Shown here piece by piece: positions 37,703 to 46,649 of a stretch of DNA of 57,405 nucleotides. Location of the stretch: positions 1 to 57,405 of the forward strand of contig JAEOUH010000010.1 in assembly GCA_016839365.1 (NCBI GenBank), given 5' to 3'. This DNA comes from Candidatus Hermodarchaeota archaeon. GTDB lineage: Archaea > Asgardarchaeota > Hermodarchaeia > Hermodarchaeales > Hermodarchaeaceae. A model generated the notes under the pieces. The model did no database searches. It saw only the letters and a program-made list of their open reading frames with translations, and was not told the origin of the DNA. Positions within the stretch are counted from its first letter, which is position 1. Each line of letters begins with the position of its first letter. A program made the position numbers and the translations under genes.

Positions 37703-39214
37703 ATGACACAAGAAGCTCCTTTTCAACGTTCAGAAGAACTTAAGCGCCAAATCGAAGCATTGACCACAAGTCTCGTTGATGCGATCGATGTCTTGGTTCG
37801 GGATCTTCAGCGTAGCCTGATGATGATAGCTGACCGTGTAGAACAACGGATGGAACAGATTGGTTTTGGACGCCTGAGTGGACCAATCGTCAACGATGTA
37901 CGGGAAGGTGTCACCTCCGAGTCGAAAAGATTCAGCGAACAGGCTCGGGCTAAGATTCAAGAGGTTACACAGGCCAAAGCTGGACTGTCGGGTGCAGCAG
38001 ACCAATTAGGTGCGTTAGCTTCAATGACTGAGGCGGAACGTGAGGAGCTTCGAAAACGACTAAGCGAAGAGATTGCCGCATCACAAAAGACCCGTGGAGA
38101 ACTGGAGAAGGAATTAGCTGATGCCCGGGTTAAGATTGCTGATTTAGAGAAGCAAATGCAGTCACGGTCCACCCGCGATGCACGACGGATCGATAAGCTC
38201 CAAGAAACGAACAAGCAGTTATCTGAATCCTTGAAAAAAGCCGAAGCGGAATTACTGAAGATTCAAGAGGAGAGCAAAAAAGCACTTAGTGAACGCCAAG
38301 CCGCTGTCACGCAGGTCGATGAATTGAATGCGAAGCTGGCTGCAGCCACGGCTGCTGCGTCTACAGCTGCTGCAGCAGCAACTGCTTCAAAGAAAAAGCT
38401 TCAAGATGAAATCACCTCACTGAAATCAGAACTTCAAAAGGCTCAGGATTTCAAAGGTAAGCTTGAACAACAAATACAGGAACAGGGTCAAAAGCTTCAA
38501 GCCTCTGAAGCGAAATTAGAAACCGCAGAACAACAAGTTGTTGAGCTCAAACAATCTGTCACAAAGCTGGACGAAGTGACAGCCCAAGCTGAATTAGATA
38601 CAGAAAAATTCGCTACTGTCCAAAAAGAATTGAAAGCCGCCAAGACTGAAACTGCTGAAGCGAATAAACAAATCGCAGACTTGGAGAGCCAACTGCAAGA
38701 AATGAGTAGCCTGAAAGAAGCACACGAAGCTAAAATAGCAGACCTTGAAGAACGGCAAAAGGGTCTTCAGGCAGTATCCAAAGACCGTGATGCGCTTAGT
38801 AAGGATAAGGAAGATTTAGAGAAACAACTCGAAAAAGCTCTAGCAGAAATCGAGAAGATGAAAGAGGAATATGCACGATTCGCTGAGGTTCGAGACCGCT
38901 TACAAGCATTGGAGGCGCGGAGCAGAATTCAGGATATTCTACTTAAAAAGGATCAGCACTACATTGTACTGACTACATTTGCTACGAAAATAGTAGAAGG
39001 CAAATACAACGTTTCAGCTAAGGACCTTGGATTCAGTCCATCCTTGGGCATTTCCCTAGCTGCTTGGCTTGACAAATTCTTCCTTGACCTCCAAGAAGAA
39101 GAGTTAGTCACCATTCACCGAACAGTTGGACGGGGACTACCCTCAGCAAATGTTGAGGTCAATAAAAAAGGTCGACAGCTTTTTGAAGAGGCAAAACAGA
39201 TGGCAGCCCTCTAA
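37703..39214 (+). CDS. Long coiled-coil protein with small C-terminal (winged-helix-like) domain
   Basis: ~400 aa of E/K/Q/L/A-rich heptads, no Walker motifs; C-terminus LQEEELVTI...VEVNKKG. Confidence 0.8.
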   Translation: MTQEAPFQRSEELKRQIEALTTSLVDAIDVLVRDLQRSLMMIADRVEQRMEQIGFGRLSGPIVNDVREGVTSESKRFSEQARAKIQEVTQAKAGLSGAADQLGALASMTEAEREELRKRLSEEIAASQKTRGELEKELADARVKIADLEKQMQSRSTRDARRIDKLQETNKQLSESLKKAEAELLKIQEESKKALSERQAAVTQVDELNAKLAAATAAASTAAAAATASKKKLQDEITSLKSELQKAQDFKGKLEQQIQEQGQKLQASEAKLETAEQQVVELKQSVTKLDEVTAQAELDTEKFATVQKELKAAKTETAEANKQIADLESQLQEMSSLKEAHEAKIADLEERQKGLQAVSKDRDALSKDKEDLEKQLEKALAEIEKMKEEYARFAEVRDRLQALEARSRIQDILLKKDQHYIVLTTFATKIVEGKYNVSAKDLGFSPSLGISLAAWLDKFFLDLQEEELVTIHRTVGRGLPSANVEVNKKGRQLFEEAKQMAAL

Positions 39215-39234
39215 TCCTATTTGAGGAGGCTTTT

Positions 39235-39987
39235 ATGCCAAAGATTCCTGACCGGTATTCCCGATTTGTCGTTCTTCGTGATGTTGGACCTAAAGGATTC
39301 CAGAAAATCCGGAATGCCAAAGTCGCTGTTATTGGTATTGGAGGGCTGGGAAGTATATCTTCTACCAAATTGGTTACACTAGGTATTGGGTCCCTTCGGA
39401 TGATTGATCCTGATACTGTTGATGCCACTAATCTTCAGCGCCAATTTCTCTACAGAGAAAAAGATGTGGGTAACCCTAAGGTACATCTGGCTGCCCGCCG
39501 TTTACAACCACTCAATCCAAATGTGAAAATCGAACCAATTAAACAACAACTCACCGCAGACACTGTTGATGAACTCATAAAAGGCGTCGAAGTCGTTGTG
39601 GATGGGCTTGATCGATTTGCCCCACGCTACTTACTTAACCAGGCTTGCTGTAGACAAGGGATTCCATATGTGTTCGCTGGAGCATTAGGAGCTACAGGAA
39701 ACATTAGCACCATTCTTCCGGGGAAAACTGCTTGTTTGGAATGCATCTACGGTGGTGTTGATGATGCCCAACAACCTACTTGTGAAACAATCGGTGTGTA
39801 CCCCACGCTACTCGGGGTGGTAGCAAATATCCAGGTTCATGAAGCGCTTCACCTCATCCTAGGATTACCCCCGCGCTTGGCGGGACACATCCTTTTCATT
39901 GATCTCAATGAGCTCAGGTTTGATCAATTTCCAATCGCACGTCACGATGATTGTCCTGTTTGTGGAGATTGTCAAGCCCCTAAGTGA
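39235..39987 (+). CDS. moeB: HesA/MoeB/ThiF family E1-like adenylyltransferase
   Basis: RYSR, GIGGLG, D.D.V..TNLQRQ, DGLD, CLEC, TCET.G, CPVC; GGAGG RBS. Confidence 0.92.
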   Translation: MPKIPDRYSRFVVLRDVGPKGFQKIRNAKVAVIGIGGLGSISSTKLVTLGIGSLRMIDPDTVDATNLQRQFLYREKDVGNPKVHLAARRLQPLNPNVKIEPIKQQLTADTVDELIKGVEVVVDGLDRFAPRYLLNQACCRQGIPYVFAGALGATGNISTILPGKTACLECIYGGVDDAQQPTCETIGVYPTLLGVVANIQVHEALHLILGLPPRLAGHILFIDLNELRFDQFPIARHDDCPVCGDCQAPK

Positions 39988-39989
39988 AT

Positions 39990-41264
39990 CTAAGCTGCCA
40001 AAGTTTTGATAGCTTCAATCAGGGTGTCAACTTCCTCAATCAGGTTGTAATAGTGGAAGCTGGAGCGGACATTGCCATTGTACTGGTCGAGGACAGCGAG
40101 AAGTCGCATGAGGGGTTGACAGCAATGGTGTCCTGCACGAGTTAGGATCTTCCACTGGGAATCTAGCGCTAGGCTTACATCATGTGAGATCCAGCCATTG
40201 ATGTTGAAGCAGACAGCCCCCACTTTCCAGGTCATATCCTCTTTGGGACCATAGACAATTACATTGGGGATGTCTCGGATACCTTCAAGAAGATGCTTTG
40301 TCAGTTTTTGCTCGTGTGCTGCAACTCTTTCAACACCTATGCGATTCAGATACTTGACTGCTGCACCAAGAGCAATTAATCCGATGATATTTGGAGTACC
40401 CGCATCCCAACGTCGGGCACGATGATCACTCCGTAACATGTAATCGTCTGCAGTTACCGTAGCAATTACTCCTCCACCCACTTCGGTGGGGGCCATACGT
40501 CGTAGCAATTCATCTCGAACGTAGAGTCCTCCGGTTCCTGGTGGTCCGAGTGGACCCTTATGACCTGAGAAGGAGTAGAAATCACACCCTAAGGCTTTGA
40601 CATTAAGGGGTAGATGGCCTGCGCCTTGTGCCCCATCAATGAAAACTAGACAACTGGGATTGGCGGACTTTATGGTTCGAATGATAGCGGGGACATCATG
40701 TTTGGTGCCCATGGCATTGGAGGCATGTTGAAACGCCACAAGCTTTGTGTGTTCATCCACTGCTTCAGCAAACATGTCTGGTGTTAGGCGTCCTTCCATT
40801 GTTGGGGGGATAGTTTGGAATTGAGCGTTGACATGTTTCGCTAACCGCATCCAAGGCAAGAAATTCGAATGGTGCTCTAAGAGTGTAGTCAGAATTTTGC
40901 TCTCAGTGGTCCACTTCACCAAGGGAGGGGCGAATTTAAAACCGGTGCTCCATCGATTGAGGAACTGATGTTCTAAGGCGTAAGCGACATGGTTTGCAGC
41001 TTGGGTCTGATTTCTTGTGAAGATGAACTCTTCAACATCGCAATGTAATAGATTGGTTGCGATTTCCTCTCGGGCAGCATCACAAACGTCAGAGGCTTTT
41101 GCGGCAATGGAGTAAGCCCCCCTTTCCACATTTGCACAATACTCTTCAAAATACTCAATAGTGGCATCGATGACAGGACTTGGAACAGGGGTCGTGGCAG
41201 CATTGTCGAAATAAATGTACTGCTGTGTAATGGGTAGATCCCTACGCATGTCTTCAGGTTTCAT
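39990..41264 (-). CDS. sufS: Cysteine desulfurase (SufS-like, class V PLP enzyme)
   Basis: YFDNAATT, EHHSN.LPW, DGAQ, FSGHK, AGTPN, RAGHHC. Confidence 0.92.
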   Translation of the reverse strand: MKPEDMRRDLPITQQYIYFDNAATTPVPSPVIDATIEYFEEYCANVERGAYSIAAKASDVCDAAREEIATNLLHCDVEEFIFTRNQTQAANHVAYALEHQFLNRWSTGFKFAPPLVKWTTESKILTTLLEHHSNFLPWMRLAKHVNAQFQTIPPTMEGRLTPDMFAEAVDEHTKLVAFQHASNAMGTKHDVPAIIRTIKSANPSCLVFIDGAQGAGHLPLNVKALGCDFYSFSGHKGPLGPPGTGGLYVRDELLRRMAPTEVGGGVIATVTADDYMLRSDHRARRWDAGTPNIIGLIALGAAVKYLNRIGVERVAAHEQKLTKHLLEGIRDIPNVIVYGPKEDMTWKVGAVCFNINGWISHDVSLALDSQWKILTRAGHHCCQPLMRLLAVLDQYNGNVRSSFHYYNLIEEVDTLIEAIKTLAA

Positions 41265-41284
41265 ACAAGGCCTCCAGAGATTAC

Positions 41285-41460
41285 ATCTTAATGACTAATA
41301 TAATACCTGACTTAATTGAGATTACCCTTGAAAATATTCGTATTATAATTACATTTCTTCTTCACATAAACAAGTGAAAAAATTGCCAATGCGAGAGGAT
41401 TAGTGAGTGCCCAAGACTTAAATTGGATATCATAAGCATGACTTAACAATGTTAATATGA
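41285..41460. promoter_or_regulatory. Divergent promoter region with repeated GACTTAA and palindrome TTAACA-A-TGTTAA
   Basis: gacttaa at ~41309, ~41415 and ~41440; perfect 6-1-6 palindrome at 41443-41455. Confidence 0.4.
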
Positions 41461-41489
41461 ATACCTAGTGGATATGGAGGTTTTGGATC

Positions 41490-41840
41490 ATGGCATTTCC
41501 TTGTGAAAATGTTGTATGGAAAGCGCTGCCAGCGATTAAGTCGGCGTTAGCAAGAGTGCTAGTTAAAGAGGGAATGACTCAGGTCCAGGTCTCCAAAGTG
41601 TTGGGAACTACAGAGGCTACTATCTCCCATTATATGAAAGGCGAAAGGGGTTCATCCGTTGTGTTAGGCCAACATGTCCAAGAGATGGTTGATGATTTGG
41701 CGAAGAAAATCAGTAACGGCTCCCTTTCTGAAGAGCAGATAACCAAGGGTGTGTGCAGTATCTGCCAGCTAGTACGTGAGTCTTGTGCGGTATGCGGTGC
41801 TGAGACAGCAGCAGATTGCTCGCATTGTGCGCATACGTAA
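41490..41840 (+). CDS. Archaeal HTH transcription regulator with Cys motifs (COG2522-like)
   Basis: PCE...LPAIK..LA, GMTQ..VSK.LGTTEATISHY..G.RG, CSIC, CAVC, CSHC; GGAGG RBS. Confidence 0.85.
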   Translation: MAFPCENVVWKALPAIKSALARVLVKEGMTQVQVSKVLGTTEATISHYMKGERGSSVVLGQHVQEMVDDLAKKISNGSLSEEQITKGVCSICQLVRESCAVCGAETAADCSHCAHT

Positions 41841-41920
41841 CGCTAGCTAAACCGAAGTCTTTTGAGTAGTTACCGAACAAGTAAAGGAGAATGATAATTC
41901 GGGTTAGGTGACCCTTTTTC

Positions 41921-43135
41921 GTGCCATCCTTACGAGAACTTCTCCGTCATGAAGGTGTTGCAGCCTTCGTTGTCTTCTTGGCATTTTGTAGTATTGTGTG
42001 GATCATTTTTCTTTCGTATTCGTGGGGGGTCGACTTCGTACCTCGTCTTGCATTGGATGATGATACGATGCACAAAACCGTCATTTATTATATGCTGCAT
42101 GGAGAGGATTTCTATACGGCATGGCGGCATGCAGCTCTTGTCACAGGAGACTTGGGGGATCTGAGGATTTATCGGACGCCATTAATCTTTTATCCAGTAG
42201 TCTTTCTAACGGGATGGGCGGGATCCAGCTTTATTTTTCCACTCAGCGTTCTTTGTGTCCTAGTGGCAGCGCTTAATCTAATTCTAACCTTTTGGGTTGT
42301 CCGGAACATCACTGGATCAGGTTGGGCAGCTTTAGCGGCGACTTTCATTCAATATGCCTTTTTCTTCAATGTCATCCCACTATTTCAAATTGCATTATTT
42401 GCGATGCCCTTTGTGATATTAGCCGTGTATTGGGCATGGACCGAGCATCCATGGCTTGCTGGCGGATTCATTGCCATCGCTTTTCTCATCAAGGAAACTT
42501 TTCTTTTTGCCCTTCCGGCGATTCTCATTTTCTTCGCGTTGCGGCGACAGGGACGTTCAGTAGGAATTATGATTATGATTTTCATAGCCGCTGTAGGTCT
42601 CTACTTGGTCCACACACTCATCGCCCAGCCCATCCCTGATCCCTCGATGATGTTGACAGCTAGTCCACCTGAATTCTTCATCAATTTAGCTGGATTTCTC
42701 TGGTTTGGATTCGGTGTAATCTATTATAATGTCATTGCCCCAGCCGCTTTCCAAGGCTACTATCCTTCGAATCCAGTCCCAGCGTTTTTACCATTACCCC
42801 TTTTCAATGGTATCTTAATGCTTCAAGTTATTCTTGTCTGGGGAACTATCAGCTGGTGGTTTATCCGAGTTATTCGTAAGCATGTGCGCCCTCCCATTCC
42901 TCTCCTGTTCCTAGCTCTGTTACTGTGGCTCGTTCCGGTTATTTTCGCTGCCACGACGCATGTGAGTGATTTTGCCTTGTATTGGGTTGATTACGCGATA
43001 TGGCGGTGGTTCGGGGCATCTTATGTGGGATTTTCACTCCTTGTGGGTCTAAGTTGGACGGATATACGATCAATCTTCACCAAACCCTCGGAACACACTT
43101 CAACTAACCATCCTGTGACTGGTGATTTGGGATGA
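41921..43135 (+). CDS. Polytopic membrane protein, possibly a GT-C-fold glycosyltransferase
   Basis: TM1 followed by an acidic DDD loop, YRTP, A.LIKE motif, ~10 TM. Confidence 0.65.
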   Translation: MPSLRELLRHEGVAAFVVFLAFCSIVWIIFLSYSWGVDFVPRLALDDDTMHKTVIYYMLHGEDFYTAWRHAALVTGDLGDLRIYRTPLIFYPVVFLTGWAGSSFIFPLSVLCVLVAALNLILTFWVVRNITGSGWAALAATFIQYAFFFNVIPLFQIALFAMPFVILAVYWAWTEHPWLAGGFIAIAFLIKETFLFALPAILIFFALRRQGRSVGIMIMIFIAAVGLYLVHTLIAQPIPDPSMMLTASPPEFFINLAGFLWFGFGVIYYNVIAPAAFQGYYPSNPVPAFLPLPLFNGILMLQVILVWGTISWWFIRVIRKHVRPPIPLLFLALLLWLVPVIFAATTHVSDFALYWVDYAIWRWFGASYVGFSLLVGLSWTDIRSIFTKPSEHTSTNHPVTGDLG

Positions 43136-43200
43136 AAATGGCTCAAGACCGTTGTGCCTTCATTTACACAAGTAGTATAAAAAGTAGCCAACGACCATAA

Positions 43201-43415
43201 GAATCTGTTACTAACGATTCCAGATTAGGCATTACTCTTGGCGTTTGCCTCTTGACCGAGGGCGGCGTTTGACCTCCGGCGCCCTCGCTCCTTTTGGTTT
43301 AGTAACGCAGCAGATGCATGGGAAGCATCAGGGGATTACCGATGACCCCTCCGGCTTCGTGGCCTTGGATGGCGAGGCATTCCATCATTTTAAACCGGCA
43401 GAGCGAAGAAGATTC
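43201..43415 (+). ncRNA. Candidate structured non-coding RNA of unknown family
   Basis: TATAAAAA at 43176-43183; ~53% GC by hand count; at least 7 helices, including a long helix 43285-43301/43391-43406 with G-U pairs on the + strand; T5 tract at 43423-43427. Confidence 0.5.
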
Positions 43416-44331
43416 AATGAGATTTTTGGTGAGGCTTGCGAATTTCCCACACACGGGCTTTCCCATCTGCGGAACCGACGGCTAACCAACGTCGCTTGGG
43501 AGAAACGCTTACAGAATATACTCCTTTTATTGGTAATTCGTACTGTTTATCGATGTCACCAGACCGTAGATTCCACATTCGCACCCCGTAATCGATGGCG
43601 GCAGCCACCTTTTTGCTATCTGCGGTAAATGTTAGATCCATAGCTCGAGATTCGAGGGCTAGCGAATAGACTTGTTCCCAATTCCGTGTATCCCATATTA
43701 CCAGAGTCTCTTCATACCCAATTGATCCAAGTAATTCACCATTCGGTGAAAACTTCACTGCGTTGACAGCCGTTTCATGGCCTTGGAGTCGTTGAATGAG
43801 TTCGCATGAAGGGAAGGTCCAAAGATAGATATTCTCCCCAAGGCCAGCACCAATAAGATATTTGCCATCAGGGGAAAAATCAACGGAACTAACATTACGG
43901 CCGATTTCTGTTAAAGTTAAAAGCTCTTTACCTGTCTGAAGGTTCCAGATTTTTACTTCTCCATCGTAGGAGCCTGAAGCAATGTATTCACCCGTCGGGG
44001 ACACAGCTACTGTGGCTACGGTTTTTTTGTGCCCACTAAGTGTGTATTCAACATCTCCTGAAGAGTAATTCCAGATTTTAACTGTGTTATCTGTCGAACC
44101 TGTGACCAAAAATTCCATGGTTGGAGTTAATGCAATCGCATTGACACTATTCGTATGACCAAAGAAGGTGTGTTGTTGTGTCCACTCCTGAACTGTCCAT
44201 GCATGGACAAGGTTATCCTGTCCAGAGGTTAATAAAACGGAGTTGTCTGGTGAAAACAGGACTTTGGTGGTGTGACGCGTATGGGCATCGATGACAATTG
44301 GTGATTCCATAACCTTCACCAAAGTAACCAT
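43414..44331 (-). CDS. WD40-repeat beta-propeller protein (7 blades)
   Basis: Repeated GH...V..V.FSP.G..L.SGS.D..VKIW units. Confidence 0.95.
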   Translation of the reverse strand: MVTLVKVMESPIVIDAHTRHTTKVLFSPDNSVLLTSGQDNLVHAWTVQEWTQQHTFFGHTNSVNAIALTPTMEFLVTGSTDNTVKIWNYSSGDVEYTLSGHKKTVATVAVSPTGEYIASGSYDGEVKIWNLQTGKELLTLTEIGRNVSSVDFSPDGKYLIGAGLGENIYLWTFPSCELIQRLQGHETAVNAVKFSPNGELLGSIGYEETLVIWDTRNWEQVYSLALESRAMDLTFTADSKKVAAAIDYGVRMWNLRSGDIDKQYELPIKGVYSVSVSPKRRWLAVGSADGKARVWEIRKPHQKSH

Positions 44332-44421
44332 TCCAAGCTTCTAGGAATGGAAACTAGTCTACCATTGTTCTGAGCCCAGTAAAAAGCATAACTAAAGACT
44401 ATTTTATTATCTGGTTGGAGT

Positions 44422-45786
44422 TCAGGGTTGGTATCCTAGGTCCTGATAAAGTTGTATGACCTGTAATTTCCATGGGTCGAACTGAGCAGGAGATTCAGGA
44501 AAGGTCTGGTAAAGAGCGAGCATCTTGGCCATGGCTCTAGAAACACTTTGTATTCGTCGAAGTAGCCCGAGTTTACGTAATCCCCGCAGTAGTCGGCCAG
44601 CTTTATCAATAGCAGAGAGCTCTAATCCTTCACCAGCATTAGCCCGTAATAAATCTTCGGTGGTTAGAATCCGGTTATTAATCACAAATTCGAACTCCTC
44701 ATTGCCCACCTCCTGTAGTAGATGGCGCATGAGGTCCAAGGAGGCAATCTTCTGTCCGTAACCCTTCTGATTATAATCTACATTAAACTGCCAGAGCCCC
44801 GCAGTTGAAATATCACCGGCTTCGATAGCCTGTTTGATAACTGGTGCCGCGACATGTCCTGCTTCTATGGCTGAACCAATTCCGCCTCCATGGATTGGAT
44901 TGACGTGGCAGCCGGTATCCCCGACGAAAACGATACCGTTGGCAACATAACTCCAGAGAGGGCGGCGAATCGGTGCAGCTCCTCCACCTCCATGAATAAC
45001 CTTAGCACCCTTGAAGATTGGATTCGTGGTTAGGAAATGCTTGAAGAGTTCTTTGGGTCGATGACCTTGCCCACCTTGTGTACCCAAACCCACGTTAACG
45101 ACGTTCCCTCCTCGGGGAAATATCCAGATATAACCACCGGGGCTGAACTGGTCGTCCATGATTATCCAGCAACGGTCCGCTGGTTCGAAGGGTGCTCGAA
45201 GCTCTAAGATTTCCCGGTAACAGACCGCTTGGTCTCGGAGAGCTATTTTCTGCTCAATATTTGGGTCCTTCATTTTTCGTCGCAGACTAGCGGACATGCC
45301 ACTAGCATCCACGGTGACCTTTGCATGGGCTTCATGTAGAGCGTTGGTTTTGGTATCTTTGTATTTGACCCCGATTACGGTACCATTATCAAAAATGGGG
45401 TCCAAAACGTTGGCATGATCTTGAATATGAGCTCCCGCTTTTTCTGCATAGCCGAGGAGGCGTTGTCCAAAATAGATGCGGTCGATGGTCCAACCATCAC
45501 AGGGCTCTCCCTCTAGCCGTTGACTGACAGTGATGTAATTTTTCATGCTTGGGGGGTAGATGTCGATACTATTGATGGTGTTGCCAAGTTCTTTACCAGT
45601 TGGATAGGGGATGCCTGCATTCTTGAGATGGTGAAGAGCGATACCTTCGCCACAGACTTTATCTCCGACACGATTGCGGGATAACCGTTCTAATACCAGG
45701 ACATCGAGTCCCAGTTGAGCAGCTTCTTTTGCTAGATGGGCACCACCTGGTCCTGCGCCAACGACAATCAGATCATGTTGAGACAC
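44422..45786 (-). CDS. Geranylgeranyl reductase family (digeranylgeranylglycerophospholipid reductase-like)
   Basis: VGAGPGG, K.CGEG, DASG, PGGYIWIFP, NVGLG, GD.....NP.HGGGI. Confidence 0.92.
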   Translation of the reverse strand: MSQHDLIVVGAGPGGAHLAKEAAQLGLDVLVLERLSRNRVGDKVCGEGIALHHLKNAGIPYPTGKELGNTINSIDIYPPSMKNYITVSQRLEGEPCDGWTIDRIYFGQRLLGYAEKAGAHIQDHANVLDPIFDNGTVIGVKYKDTKTNALHEAHAKVTVDASGMSASLRRKMKDPNIEQKIALRDQAVCYREILELRAPFEPADRCWIIMDDQFSPGGYIWIFPRGGNVVNVGLGTQGGQGHRPKELFKHFLTTNPIFKGAKVIHGGGGAAPIRRPLWSYVANGIVFVGDTGCHVNPIHGGGIGSAIEAGHVAAPVIKQAIEAGDISTAGLWQFNVDYNQKGYGQKIASLDLMRHLLQEVGNEEFEFVINNRILTTEDLLRANAGEGLELSAIDKAGRLLRGLRKLGLLRRIQSVSRAMAKMLALYQTFPESPAQFDPWKLQVIQLYQDLGYQP

Positions 45787-45838
45787 AAAGATTCCTCCAG
45801 GATGTATTGTTTCTTCCCTAGATGGGGTACTTAAAACC

Positions 45839-46573
45839 TCACTTATTCAATGAACGTACCTGAATTTGGAGGGTATCATCACAGGGAACACGAGCCCCCA
45901 CAGGGCAGACACAGCTGCATCTAGTGCACCAAAGTTGGGCGGCTGGAGAAAGGGGACGTTTATGTAACGAACAAGATAGACAGCGGTCTCTGTCGTATCT
46001 TCCCCCCTTAAGAGCATTCACTGGGCAGGCTTGAATACATTGTTCGCATTCTGCACACCAGGGATTGTCAGTGATGATCGGACTTGGAGGTATTATTTCA
46101 GAAATTGCGACTGCACGAAGACGAATTCGTGGTCCAAAATCAGGAGTCACCAACAGATTGTTCTTTCCAATGACCCCCAACCCAGCTAATACTCCCGCCT
46201 CTTTCAAATAGATAAAACCCGAATTTTCCTCGTCAGATGAAGGTCCATAGGGAAGCACCTTCGCTTCGATGTTGCGTTTGAACATATCTAACGCTAGCCG
46301 ATAGGAAACTGCTCGCAGGATCTCATCCTCGAATGCTCGACCCGTTGTTGACCGACCAGCACCGCTAGTAGGCGGGGCATGTAGCCACAAATCAAGGAGG
46401 GGATCAACCATATGCAGGGCTAAGACGATAACGGTTTTCACTGAGGGTAAACTAAAGGTGGGTCGATTTTCAGGGGGATAGCGGTCGAATCGATCGATTG
46501 ATGCGAATCCCACGAGGTCAGCACCCCATCTCAGGACATTGTTCCGTATTTCTACAACTAAAGATGTTAACAT
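45839..46573 (-). CDS. QueG/reductive-dehalogenase-like cobalamin and 4Fe-4S protein
   Basis: GADLVGFA, K.A...AGLG.IGKN.LL.TP.FGPR.RL, CAECEQCIQACP, CTRCSCVCP; start MLTS after an AGGAG RBS. Confidence 0.82.
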   Translation of the reverse strand: MLTSLVVEIRNNVLRWGADLVGFASIDRFDRYPPENRPTFSLPSVKTVIVLALHMVDPLLDLWLHAPPTSGAGRSTTGRAFEDEILRAVSYRLALDMFKRNIEAKVLPYGPSSDEENSGFIYLKEAGVLAGLGVIGKNNLLVTPDFGPRIRLRAVAISEIIPPSPIITDNPWCAECEQCIQACPVNALKGGRYDRDRCLSCSLHKRPLSPAAQLWCTRCSCVCPVGARVPCDDTLQIQVRSLNK

Positions 46574-46649
46574 TGGAATTACTCCTTTTGAAGATCTGAA
46601 ACTAGTGTGCACTGCAAATAGAAAAAAGTGCTTTTGATAACATCGAGGT

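Noticed and set aside
38335-38390. gctgca/gcagcc low-complexity repeat
   Set aside because: Encodes the Ala-rich stretch in the coiled-coil protein; not a DNA-level repeat array.
43187-43199. gccaacgaccata resembles the 5' end of some 5S rRNAs
   Set aside because: No complementary 3' strand (gttggc) and no loop C (CCGAAC/CGAUC-type) motif at 5S spacing; the match lies upstream of the predicted transcription start.
43328-43428. Short resemblances to U1 snRNA (caggggattaccgatga, ggcgaggcattccat) plus a downstream Sm-like site
   Set aside because: The U1 5' splice-site-pairing sequence (ACUUACCUG) and the U1A/U1-70K loops are absent and the local folding differs. Treated as chance unless a covariance-model search says otherwise.
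43245-43628. 127-aa + strand ORF over the structured region
   Set aside because: TTG start, no recognisable motif, and half of it is antisense to the WD40 gene; RNA structure explains the region better.
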